24,000 bases of DNA from Bacillus sp. EAC (GTDB lineage Bacteria > Bacillota > Bacilli > Bacillales > Bacillaceae_G). The notes under the pieces are model-generated. The model was not told where the DNA came from. It did no database searches and saw only the letters and a list, made by a program, of their open reading frames with translations. Position numbers and translations under genes: made by a program. This document shows positions 15,002 to 23,210 of this stretch, piece after piece (within the stretch, counting starts at the first letter, position 1; every line of letters begins with the position of its first letter). The DNA lies in the NCBI RefSeq assembly GCF_002156875.1, contig NZ_NCSY01000009.1:135665-159664 (forward strand). The letters run 5' to 3'.

Positions 15002-15445
15002 ATGCATTTTGGAAGACATCTAAGACCACCAAAACCTTTTCCACCTGGAGAAGATTTTGCGCAAGTAACAAATAGCGGGGGAGTAATTGCCGTTTTAAAT
15101 GAAGGGACAAAAGTAACATTCCCATCATTCGAATTTTTAGGAGAAGCAATTATAATTAATGAAGCTAAAGATCGGTTAACAGTTTTTCATCCAGGGAATT
15201 ATTATATTGCTTATTCTGTGAATACGACTATTCCAACAAAAGTATCCACAGCGATTTTAATTAACGGCAGACGAGTAAGTGCTACAACGATTGCACCAGT
15301 AGAGAATAGAACAGAATACAATAATCAAATTATCTTGCCATTAGAAGAAGGAGATACTATTTCGCTTGAATTGTTTGGAATAGTAGGTACTGTGACGCTA
15401 TTAGCAGGTGCTGGCGCTTCACTTTCTGTTTTCAAAATAAGTTAG
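15002..15445 (+). CDS. BclA C-terminal-domain-like (C1q/TNF-like jelly-roll) protein without a collagen-like region
   Basis: AAGGTGA RBS. The 147-aa sequence has a beta-strand pattern (GNYYIAYSVNT, AILINGRRV, DTISLELFG, ASLSVFKIS) resembling the globular C-terminal domain of Bacillus exosporium BclA-type proteins. No GXX repeats are present. Confidence 0.5.
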   Translation: MHFGRHLRPPKPFPPGEDFAQVTNSGGVIAVLNEGTKVTFPSFEFLGEAIIINEAKDRLTVFHPGNYYIAYSVNTTIPTKVSTAILINGRRVSATTIAPVENRTEYNNQIILPLEEGDTISLELFGIVGTVTLLAGAGASLSVFKIS

Positions 15446-15493
15446 GACAAGCTATTTTATAAAATAAATAGGTTTGCTCTATTTTATCCCAAG

Positions 15494-15534
15494 AGTGCAT
15501 TGCTTTTACTTAAAAAAGTAATGCACTTTTTTTC
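15494..15534 (+). terminator. Rho-independent terminator
   Basis: AGTGCATTGCTTTT-loop-AAAAGTAATGCACT followed by TTTTTTT. Confidence 0.8.
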
Positions 15535-15662
15535 GGAAATTATAGTTACCAGCTTATTTTCATTCAATAAAGAATATAATCAAGGTAGGAATATAGATGG
15601 TTGATGAAGAAACTAACTAAAGACTCCATAAGGGTTAATCGGGAGAGGGGAAGGATTTGTCT

Positions 15663-16160
15663 ATGAGTAAAAAAGAATTTTTATTGGATCAATTAGCAGT
15701 TTGTCGCAATATCGAAAGTTGGATTAAACCATTAAGTACTGCTTTAGAAGGTTTAAAAGTTGAAGATGCTATATGGAAACAAAACGAGACCGCTCATTCC
15801 ATTGTTGAAATTGTAAATCATTTATATTTTTATAATGAAAGATGGTTGAACCGTTTTAAAGGTGAAATTCCTACTGAAGTTGTTAAACGAAATGCGGATA
15901 CATTTTTTGAGATTAAGCAGATTACAGAAGATCATTGGCAAGAACTTGTTCAAAAGATAGATGAAGGATTGGCAAACTGGCAACAAATTATAGAGGAATC
16001 TACTGAGGAAAAGCTCCATGAACAGATTCCAACTTTTCCAGAAGGGGCAATTTGGTGGGAAGCACTATCAAACCTTTGTACACATAATACATATCATATT
16101 GGACAAATCATTTTTATTCGCAAGTTACAAGGGTCATGGGAGAGTAAGGAAGAAGAATAA
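15663..16160 (+). CDS. DinB-family (DinB/YfiT-like) metal-dependent protein, possibly a bacillithiol S-transferase
   Basis: ATG at 15663 lies 7 nt after GGGGAAGGA. A four-helix-bundle pattern carries conserved His residues (IVNHLYFYNERW ... HNTYHIGQIIFIRK). Confidence 0.8.
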   Translation: MSKKEFLLDQLAVCRNIESWIKPLSTALEGLKVEDAIWKQNETAHSIVEIVNHLYFYNERWLNRFKGEIPTEVVKRNADTFFEIKQITEDHWQELVQKIDEGLANWQQIIEESTEEKLHEQIPTFPEGAIWWEALSNLCTHNTYHIGQIIFIRKLQGSWESKEEE

Positions 16161-16173
16161 ATAGATGTGGGAG

Positions 16174-16198
16174 AACCTCTTTTAAGAGGTTTTTTTTA
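16174..16198 (+). terminator. Rho-independent terminator
   Basis: AACCTC-TTTTAA-GAGGTT followed by TTTTTTT. Confidence 0.7.
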
Positions 16199-16318
16199 TT
16201 ACAATGCATTTAGTTGTAGAAGTCGAAATAATAAGAAAATTAAATAACTAAAAATGGTATAATATGACAAGCGTAAGATTGGAAGCTGCAGAATTAGTTT
16301 TCTTGGAGGGGAAATCAA

Positions 16319-16816
16319 TTGTTGATAAGGGAAGTAGTAACGGAAGATGCTGAGAGATTTCTACAATTAATAAAAGAAGTTGAAAATAAATCGGAATTTA
16401 TGCTTTATAAAGCCGGTGAAAGAAAAATGACAGCGGATAAACAACGTCAGCAAATTGAAATTATTACTAAGCAGCCGAATGCAACAATATTAATTGCCGA
16501 AGAAAAAGGTGATTTTTGTGGATATCTAATGGTAATCGGTGGGAATGCTCAAAGGAAAAAACATACAGCATATATAGTGGTAGGTGTTTTAGATGAATAT
16601 AGAGGGAAAGGTATCGGAACATTACTTTTCCAAAAATTAGACGCATGGTCAATCACACATAAAATAGTCCGATTGGAACTTACTGTTGTTACTCAAAATG
16701 AAGCAGGAGTAAATTTATATAAAAAAATGGGCTATGAAATAGAAGGAACAAAAAAGAAATCTTTGATGATCGATGGAACGGTATACGACGAATATTATAT
16801 GGCTAAATTGCGTTAA
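16319..16816 (+). CDS. GNAT family N-acetyltransferase
   Basis: TTG start after a GGAGGGG RBS. The acetyl-CoA binding motif is RGKGIGTLLF, and the C-terminus NEAGVNLYKKMGYEIEG is typical of GNATs. Confidence 0.85.
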   Translation: MLIREVVTEDAERFLQLIKEVENKSEFMLYKAGERKMTADKQRQQIEIITKQPNATILIAEEKGDFCGYLMVIGGNAQRKKHTAYIVVGVLDEYRGKGIGTLLFQKLDAWSITHKIVRLELTVVTQNEAGVNLYKKMGYEIEGTKKKSLMIDGTVYDEYYMAKLR

Positions 16817-16895
16817 TCTCTATGAATTTAGTAATAGAAGAAGCTTAGATGATCAAGTACTTGAATGTTAAATCGAAGAAAAGAAGTGAGCTAAA

Positions 16896-17630
16896 ATGGA
16901 TTTTTTAACTGGAAAGGTTATATTTATCTCTATATTTATATTAATCATACATTGTATTGAAACACTTGCCTACTCGGTCAGACTATCTGGTGCAAGAGTA
17001 AAATTAATTGCCTCCGCCGTATCTTTATTTAGCATGATGGTAATCGTTTCAAGGATGGCAAACATGATGCAGCAACCATTTACTGGTAGTTTAGTAGATA
17101 CGGCTGCAATTAATCATACATTAAATCATATAGATGAACAGTTTAGAGTGCTAATCGGAGCATCAACACTAGGAACAATTTTAGGAATCCTTTTATTACC
17201 AACCTTTGTGGCGTTATTTTCAAGAGCAATTATTCAACTGTCAAACGAACGTGGATCTATATTAGCAGTAATTAAAAAAGCACTGACTTTGAAAAATCTT
17301 TTAGGGTATGTAAAGCATTTTAAAATACCTAGACTATCATATTTTAATGACGTGAATTTAAAAGATATACCGTATAAGCTATTTTTTATTAATTTAATTG
17401 TTACTTCAATTTATACGATTGGAGTATTATCGGCACTCTATGCATCCGTCCTTGTTCCTGAAAGACACACAAGTACAACAATGGCATCAGGATTTATAAA
17501 TGGAGTTGCTACAATTCTATTAGCACTTCTAATTGATCCGAAGATTTCAGTTCTGGCAGATGATGTGGTAAATAATAGAGGGAGTTATTCCAAGCTAAAA
17601 GGAATATCAATCATGATGATATCATCATGA
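16896..17630 (+). CDS. amj: Amj-like lipid II flippase (DUF2837 family), ended by an in-frame TGA; the coding-like frame continues to 17711
   Basis: Polytopic protein beginning IHCIETLAYSVRLSGARV...VSRMANMMQQPFTGSLVD, as I recall for Amj/YdaH-type proteins. After the TGA (17628-17630), 26 further in-frame codons encode LLGTLFAQILFIPGANYIVWVTKFIN. Confidence 0.55.
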   Translation: MDFLTGKVIFISIFILIIHCIETLAYSVRLSGARVKLIASAVSLFSMMVIVSRMANMMQQPFTGSLVDTAAINHTLNHIDEQFRVLIGASTLGTILGILLLPTFVALFSRAIIQLSNERGSILAVIKKALTLKNLLGYVKHFKIPRLSYFNDVNLKDIPYKLFFINLIVTSIYTIGVLSALYASVLVPERHTSTTMASGFINGVATILLALLIDPKISVLADDVVNNRGSYSKLKGISIMMISS

Positions 17631-17809
17631 TTACTAGGAACTCTTTTTGCTCAAATACTCTTTATCCCCGGTGCTAACTATATCGTATGGGTAACAAAAT
17701 TTATCAATTAATTAAAAGACGCTGCTCTTACTAATTGGCCCTTTACTAAAAGATTGTTACGTATAAATAGGTTTTTTGTAACTTTATAGACAGAAGTTGA
17801 TTGGATTGG

Positions 17810-17925
17810 ATATGCGAGACTCCTGTGGGAGTAGCGGGAAGGGTGAGACCTAAGCAGGCTTGCTGAGGAGGCTCAGCTCTTGCCCCACGGAAAGGGAGCA
17901 TCCTGGAGTGGAAATCAACTAACAC
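17810..17925 (+). repeat. GC-rich hairpin-rich extragenic element (same family as 975-1030)
   Basis: A GC-rich island in AT-rich spacer. Hairpins are ACTCC-TGTG-GGAGT (17819-17832) and GCTGAG-GAGG-CTCAGC (17861-17876). It contains the 21-mer GAGCATCCTGGAGTGGAAATC shared in inverted form with 985-1005. I recall similar sequences being translated as spurious hypothetical proteins in many Bacillus genomes. Confidence 0.6.
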
Positions 17926-17979
17926 ACTCCCAAAAAGCAACGATGGATAAAAGAACAGCATACTTATTTAACGAATAAT

Positions 17980-18012
17980 GCGATACTTCTAGAATGAAGT
18001 TCGCTTTTTTTA
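17980..18012 (+). terminator. Rho-independent terminator, probably for the amj transcript
   Basis: GCGATACTTC-TAGAAT-GAAGTTCGC (one bulge) followed by TTTTTTT. Confidence 0.6.
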
Positions 18013-18116
18013 TTGAAAATTAAGGGAAATAAGGCTAATTTTAAGAAAGAAGGAATATATAGAAAGTGTATTGAAAAATAGTAAAATAAAAAATAAATTG
18101 TGATGGGGATTTCAAA

Positions 18117-19049
18117 ATGATTAAACAAAATGTTAAGGCGTACATTTTGAAAAAATATAATATAAAAGAATCGGATTTTTTAGGAAAAGGGCAGGAAGCG
18201 GAAGTATATTTGTATGATCATGATAGAGTCATTAAACTATATGATTCTACGGCATTTAAAAAACAGCAAATTTTAAAGCGGTTTTATGAATCTATGGTTT
18301 CGGATGATATTAACTTTGAATTGCCATCAATACATGAAATAATTAAAGAACAAGACGCTATTCTAACAATTGAGAAACGAATTGTAGGACGTAATATCCA
18401 AAAAGATTTGTCACAATATAATGCTGAAGAGTTAGAAGCATTTTTTAAAAATTATTTAAATACGATCGTAAGCATACAAAATATCAACCTAAAAACGAAG
18501 ATGAGTGAGTACAAATTATTAAGTGACTATGAATGGTCAGAGCGGCCAAATGATTGGTACGATTTTTTAAAACAATCACTCATCTGTAAAAACAATGAAG
18601 TAAAAGAGTATCTTATGAAAGCGGTACTAAATTATGAAATGAAATATGAGAGGTTACTTAAGTTACTATCAGTCGAGTATAAAGGAGACTATTCATTAAT
18701 ACATGGTGATTTTTATCCATCAAATCTTTTAGTAAATGAAGAAGGAAAAATTAGTGGGGTAATTGACTTTGGATTAATGACACTTTATGGAGATTTTGTA
18801 TTCGATGTTGCTCTAAGTTGGTTCTTGTTTGATTTGTATGAAGAATTAGGTGAAAAGAAATTAGAAAATTATTTAAAGATGATTTTAGATACGATTGGTT
18901 ACGAATATAAAAATCGTATTTATTTATACGTACTGTTTTATAGTATTTATTCAGCAAATTACTTTTCAGAAAATTGTAGCGATGGTCATTACCAATGGAG
19001 TGTTCGAAATTTAAATAATGAAAAGTATTGGGAAAAACTTGAGGAGTAA
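18117..19049 (+). CDS. Aminoglycoside/choline-kinase-type phosphotransferase family protein (APH fold)
   Basis: 310 aa. The catalytic loop is LIHGDFYPSNLLVNEEG and the metal-binding motif is GVIDFG. Confidence 0.8.
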   Translation: MIKQNVKAYILKKYNIKESDFLGKGQEAEVYLYDHDRVIKLYDSTAFKKQQILKRFYESMVSDDINFELPSIHEIIKEQDAILTIEKRIVGRNIQKDLSQYNAEELEAFFKNYLNTIVSIQNINLKTKMSEYKLLSDYEWSERPNDWYDFLKQSLICKNNEVKEYLMKAVLNYEMKYERLLKLLSVEYKGDYSLIHGDFYPSNLLVNEEGKISGVIDFGLMTLYGDFVFDVALSWFLFDLYEELGEKKLENYLKMILDTIGYEYKNRIYLYVLFYSIYSANYFSENCSDGHYQWSVRNLNNEKYWEKLEE

Positions 19050-19074
19050 TGAAGTAAATGAATAGAGTATATAC

Positions 19075-19107
19075 AAAAAAGGCTCAAGAAAAGTTGAGCC
19101 TTTTTTT
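19075..19107. terminator. Bidirectional terminator
   Basis: AAAAAA-GGCTCAA-GAAAAG-TTGAGCC-TTTTTTT. Confidence 0.85.
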
Positions 19108-19108
19108 G

Positions 19109-19729
19109 TTATTTATTAACTTCAGATTCTACTAAACCAGCAACAAGGATGTAACGCTCTGGTGCAGGACCGATATATCGGAATGGATAACAAGTACTAA
19201 CAGTTAATGTCGGTCTTGGCTTTGGGATAATGACAGTACGATCATCTTTATCAACAATTCGAATTTTGTGCACCTCGTACGTAAAAGTACCAGCTGAAGT
19301 TTTGACAATTAAATGATCACCGATTTTAACCTTACCAAGCTCACGAAATACTGTGTCACGGTGACCCGCAAGTACACTATTATCTCGTTCTCCCGGCATA
19401 ACAGATTTTGCATAATGACCGATACCTTTAGAAAGCTCGTCTTCATTTGTACCATGGAAAATTGGTAATGTCGCATGGATTCTCGGAATGGAAAGAGTTC
19501 CCATTTCCTCGCCAAATTTTGGATAAGTTCTATAAAGCGGCGCATTCTTTTTTATCTGGTCCATTTTTTTCGCCGCATCTTTATTTACTGATTCTTTAAA
19601 CTCGTCCTTTGTTTGTTTATAAAGAAAATAAGTTTTAATCATTGTAAAAGCATTTGTCGTGGAGAAAAATAAGCCACATAGAAAAAGGAAAGCCGAGATG
19701 AAAAGAAGAATTTTACGTTTGCGATTCAT
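19109..19729 (-). CDS. Class D sortase
   Basis: 206 aa with an N-terminal TM anchor. Sortase motifs are AGHRDTVF (catalytic His) and TLTVSTCYP (TLxTC catalytic Cys). Starts 3 nt after the stop of its likely substrate gene. Confidence 0.9.
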   Translation of the reverse strand: MNRKRKILLFISAFLFLCGLFFSTTNAFTMIKTYFLYKQTKDEFKESVNKDAAKKMDQIKKNAPLYRTYPKFGEEMGTLSIPRIHATLPIFHGTNEDELSKGIGHYAKSVMPGERDNSVLAGHRDTVFRELGKVKIGDHLIVKTSAGTFTYEVHKIRIVDKDDRTVIIPKPRPTLTVSTCYPFRYIGPAPERYILVAGLVESEVNK

Positions 19730-19732
19730 CTT

Positions 19733-20761
19733 TTATCGTTTAGCAATTACTTTTCTGCGTAATACAAGTGCAGATAACATCATGAAAATACCTACAAATG
19801 CCCACTCAGTAGTATGAGTTGCCGTTTTTGGAAGTTTTCCACCGTTTTCAGTTCTGCTAATACCATTTGAATGATTCTTAACGTTAACTTTCACATCGTT
19901 AACCATACCTAGTAAATCGTCATTTAATAATAAATCTTCTGTCACTACGGCATCTAATAATAGATTGCCAGAATTATCATAAATATCTAAATAAACCTTA
20001 GCGTTTGCCATTGAATCGGCAGAATCGTCCATCATTAACATTTTTGCAAAAGTAAGAGGCGTTTTTACACCATTTTGTTCAATAGCAACTTTTACATCGA
20101 TTTTTAAAGTAGATTGAAGTTCTTTTACAATATTTGTAAGTTCCGCAGATAACTCAGCTGGTAATTCATCCGGAGCTGTATCCATTGAGAAGATATCTGC
20201 ATATTTATCTGACAGATTAGTCATTCTTTCAGCTAAAACTTGTAGTTTTGCTTCTGCAGAAGGATCATCCTTCATAACTTTTTCAATATAAGAAGATACA
20301 TGATCTATTTCAGTTTGAGTAATTCCAAATGAATCAAGTAACTTAGACATATCATCCATAGATGGCATTTCGCCACTACTATCTGATTCTAATAAAATTA
20401 AATTTTCAATATCTGATGTGAAGTAATAAGTTTCTAATAATGATGCATTTTCGTCCATATCATCGTAATAGACTGCTAGTTCCTTAACTTGATCTTCAGT
20501 ATAATCATAATCTGTTAGAATAGCAGCTAGACTTTCTTTTGTAAGAGGTTCCCCTAAAGTGTCCTTTAATTCATCAACTGAATCATAATCAGCGATAGAC
20601 TCACCATAGTTGGATTTTAAATAATTTTCTAATTCTATTTGAGTCATGTCGATACTTTTTAAGTAAGTCGTTAACTCAGTCTTATTTGGAGCTGCTTGTG
20701 CTGTTAATCCTGGTGCAATTAAAGCTGCGGATAAAACGATTGATGCTACAACCTTTTTCAT
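19733..20761 (-). CDS. Acidic cell-surface protein with a C-terminal LPKTA sorting signal ('processed acidic surface protein'-type sortase substrate)
   Basis: AGGGGGAAG RBS. Signal peptide is MKKVVASIVLSAALIAPGLTAQA. The body is rich in Asp and Glu. The C-terminus is LPKTATHTTEWAFVGIFMMLSALVLRRKVIAKR: motif, hydrophobic stretch, basic tail. Confidence 0.8.
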   Translation of the reverse strand: MKKVVASIVLSAALIAPGLTAQAAPNKTELTTYLKSIDMTQIELENYLKSNYGESIADYDSVDELKDTLGEPLTKESLAAILTDYDYTEDQVKELAVYYDDMDENASLLETYYFTSDIENLILLESDSSGEMPSMDDMSKLLDSFGITQTEIDHVSSYIEKVMKDDPSAEAKLQVLAERMTNLSDKYADIFSMDTAPDELPAELSAELTNIVKELQSTLKIDVKVAIEQNGVKTPLTFAKMLMMDDSADSMANAKVYLDIYDNSGNLLLDAVVTEDLLLNDDLLGMVNDVKVNVKNHSNGISRTENGGKLPKTATHTTEWAFVGIFMMLSALVLRRKVIAKR

Positions 20762-20852
20762 GATGCTTCCCCCTAAGTGTGTTATCCATAATTTAGCTAA
20801 ATGTGATTAATGGGGCGTAATTTTAGTTGAGTAACAAAACAAAGAATTGGAC

Positions 20853-20892
20853 AGAGAAAACCGATTATTTATGAGTTGAAATAAATAATCGG
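20853..20892 (-). terminator. Rho-independent terminator of the CDGSH gene
   Basis: Minus strand reads CCGATTATTTA-loop-TAAATAATCGG followed by TTTTCTCT. Confidence 0.65.
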
Positions 20893-20902
20893 CAGGTAGA
20901 GA

Positions 20903-21112
20903 CTATTCTTCTTCTTTAGGAGCACGAACAACAGATTCGAACTGAGTTTTATGCGTACCATCGCAATATGGTAATTTACTTGATAAACCACATCGGCATA
21001 AAGAAAAAGCTGCTTTTTGAGGGAATTTATTTCCTTCAGCATCAATAAGCTCAACTGTTCCAGTCACACGGAATGGACCGTTATCTAACACTTTAATTTG
21101 AACATCAGACAT
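20903..21112 (-). CDS. CDGSH iron-sulfur domain-containing protein
   Basis: ATG at 21112 lies 7 nt after GGAGG and is preferred to the track start at 21133. The motif CRCGLSSKLPYCDGTHK is a CDGSH-type 2Fe-2S ligand pattern. Confidence 0.85.
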   Translation of the reverse strand: MSDVQIKVLDNGPFRVTGTVELIDAEGNKFPQKAAFSLCRCGLSSKLPYCDGTHKTQFESVVRAPKEEE

Positions 21113-21308
21113 TATATTGCCTCCTAGACACATTTAGATTAATTATACATTAGAAGTTTCTTAAAATGAAAGGGTTATCTTATTTATTGGTTAGTAATAT
21201 GAAACAAAATTTTAATTAAGCTTTAAAAGTATTTCTTATTCCATTAAGTATAAAAAATGATATATACTATATTGATATAAATTTAAAGTAAAAAAAGGAG
21301 TTGTCACC

Positions 21309-21896
21309 ATGATTCGGTTAGCTAAAAAAGAAGATGCGAAACAGATTGTTCCTTTAATTGTCCAAGCTATAGAAGAAATCGCTTTTATGTTGACAGGAAC
21401 TTCATCATATGACGAAGCTTTGCCAATATTAGAGTATTATATTCGTTCTGAAAAAAATAGATTAAGCTATCAAAATTGCTTAGTAAAGGTACATGAAGAC
21501 CAAATTATTGGAGTGATAATTGCTTATAATTGCACAGAGCTATCAGTGCTAGATCGTGAAATGCTTGAAATAATCAGTCGTAATTTAAATAGTGAAAATG
21601 CAACAGTTGACAAAGAAGCGGATGAAGAGGATTTCTATATCGATACTGTATCCGTACATCCAAATTTTCAAGGTCTAGGAATCGGAACTGAGTTATTAAC
21701 TGGTTTACTTTCCCATGCAAAAGAGATGGGTGTTAATCGTGTTTCATTAAACGTGGATCAAAATAAACCTGCTGCTCGACGATTGTATGAAAAAGTCGGA
21801 TTTACGTACGAAAAAGTACAGTATATTATGGGACATCCATACGATTATTTAGTTTTCCCAATTCATAAAAAAATATTCGCCACAGAAGTCGTTTAA
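21309..21896 (+). CDS. GNAT family N-acetyltransferase
   Basis: AAAGGAG RBS. Motif A is QGLGIGTELL and the C-terminus ARRLYEKVGFTYE is typical of GNATs. Confidence 0.85.
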   Translation: MIRLAKKEDAKQIVPLIVQAIEEIAFMLTGTSSYDEALPILEYYIRSEKNRLSYQNCLVKVHEDQIIGVIIAYNCTELSVLDREMLEIISRNLNSENATVDKEADEEDFYIDTVSVHPNFQGLGIGTELLTGLLSHAKEMGVNRVSLNVDQNKPAARRLYEKVGFTYEKVQYIMGHPYDYLVFPIHKKIFATEVV

Positions 21897-21955
21897 GATG
21901 CATCCTTTCTGTTGTTTAAGTTAAAATTAAACATGAGAAAAAAGGAGGGATTCAA

Positions 21956-23119
21956 TTGAATTTTTTTACATTTGCAAATCCAACTGAATTGATTTTTGGT
22001 AAGGACAGCGTACAAAAGTTAAAAGAAAAGGCAACAAGCTTTGGCAAAAATGTATTAATTGTTTATGGTGGCGGAAGCGTTAAGAGAAATGGCCTATATG
22101 ACCAAATTGTAGGAATTCTGAAAGAAGCTGATAAAACAATTCACGAGTTAAGTGGAGTAGAACCAAATCCAAGGTTATCAACTGTACATAAAGGAATTCA
22201 AATATGTAGAGACAAGAAGATTGATTTCATCCTAGCTGTAGGTGGCGGATCAGTTATTGACTGTACAAAAGCGATCGCAGTAGGTGCAAAATACGATGGA
22301 GAGATTTGGGACGTTATTACGCGCAAAGCAACTCCGACAGACGCATTAAAATTCGGTACAGTATTAACTCTTGCAGCGACTGGTTCTGAAATGAACGCTG
22401 GTTCGGTTATTACAAACTGGGAAACAAATGAGAAATTAGGATGGGGAAGTCGTTTCAGTTACCCAACTTTTTCAATTTTAGATCCTCAAAATACATTTAC
22501 TGTTCCACGTGATCAAACTGTTTATGGATCAGTAGATATTATGTCGCATGTAATTGAGTCGTATTTCCATCATGGCACAAATACGAAGATTCAAGACCGT
22601 TTTTGTGAAGGCATTTTAAAGACGGTAATCGAAACTGCACCAATTGCTGTTGAAAATTTAGAAGATTACAATGCACGTGAAACTCTTTTATATAGTGGTA
22701 CGATGGCCTTAAATGGCATTTTGAGCATGGGTGTTTTAGGTGATTGGGCTACGCATAATATTGAACATGCGGTATCAGCGGTGTCAGATATTCCTCACGG
22801 TGGTGGATTAGCAATTATTTTCCCACATTGGATGGAATATGTAATGAGCGAAAATGTTGATCGTTTCTGTCAATTTGCAGAAAGAGTATTTGATATTGAA
22901 CAAGGTTCAATGACAAAAGAAGAGTGGGCATTAGCTGGTATTAAAGCATTGCGTTCATTCTGGAATTCAATTGGAGCACCAAGTCGTTTAAGCGAGTATG
23001 GTATTACAAAAGAACAACTTTCTGAAATGGCAGCTAAAACAGTTAAATATGGCCCATTTGGTCACTTTAAAAAATTAGATCAAAATGATGCACTTAAAAT
23101 TTTAGAAGCAGCACTATAA
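21956..23119 (+). CDS. Iron-containing (group III) alcohol dehydrogenase, YqhD/butanol dehydrogenase-like
   Basis: TTG start 7 nt after AAGGAGGG. It has [11 protein letters not shown] (GGGS NAD(P)-binding motif) and the metal-ligand His cluster (HNIEHAVS...HGGGLA). Confidence 0.9.
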   Translation: MNFFTFANPTELIFGKDSVQKLKEKATSFGKNVLIVYGGGSVKRNGLYDQIVGILKEADKTIHELSGVEPNPRLSTVHKGIQICRDKKIDFILAVGGGSVIDCTKAIAVGAKYDGEIWDVITRKATPTDALKFGTVLTLAATGSEMNAGSVITNWETNEKLGWGSRFSYPTFSILDPQNTFTVPRDQTVYGSVDIMSHVIESYFHHGTNTKIQDRFCEGILKTVIETAPIAVENLEDYNARETLLYSGTMALNGILSMGVLGDWATHNIEHAVSAVSDIPHGGGLAIIFPHWMEYVMSENVDRFCQFAERVFDIEQGSMTKEEWALAGIKALRSFWNSIGAPSRLSEYGITKEQLSEMAAKTVKYGPFGHFKKLDQNDALKILEAAL

Positions 23120-23126
23120 CCATAAG

Positions 23127-23210
23127 AAATGGACAGAAAAATGAACTGCACTTCCAATTGTTATTTTTGATTAACAATTCGTGTACAGTTCAAAATCTGT
23201 CCATTTTTTT
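23127..23210. terminator. Long compound hairpin acting as a bidirectional terminator
   Basis: AAATGGACAG (23127-23136) pairs with CTGTCCATTT (23197-23206), with inner stems GAACTG/CAGTTC and CAATTGTT/AACAATT. A-rich on the left, T-run on the right. Confidence 0.75.

Noticed and set aside
14836-15478. Short similarities flanking the C1q-like gene (TAGGTTTGC at ~14836 and ~15470; AAGTTAGG(G)ACAAG at ~14870 and ~15439), considered as cassette boundaries
   Set aside because: The matches are only 9-14 nt and their order is inconsistent with direct or inverted terminal repeats. One overlaps the gene's own stop codon. At best they are a relic of a lost paralogue's 3' end.
17746-17961. 71-aa minus-strand ORF (MLFFYPSLLFGSVLVDFHSRMLPFRGARAEPPQQ...)
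   Set aside because: It lies entirely within the GC-rich hairpin-rich repeat element and its flanks. It has no RBS and an odd composition, so it is a translation artefact of the repeat.
503-21054. Other short overlapping or antisense track ORFs (503-697, 772-993, 4415-4705, 7142-7333, 7246-7428, 7780-8064, 14706-14906, 15822-16019, 16467-16652, 18751-18957, 19309-19545, 20869-21054)
   Set aside because: Each overlaps a better-supported gene, terminator or intergenic AT-rich DNA. None has an RBS, and the translations are Leu/Ile/Phe/Ser-rich, as expected from AT-rich non-coding frames.
23141-23190. GAACTGCACTTC and GTACAGTTC, which look like LexA half-sites
   Set aside because: They are the two arms of the long terminator hairpin between the ADH and hydrolase genes. 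There is no promoter context.
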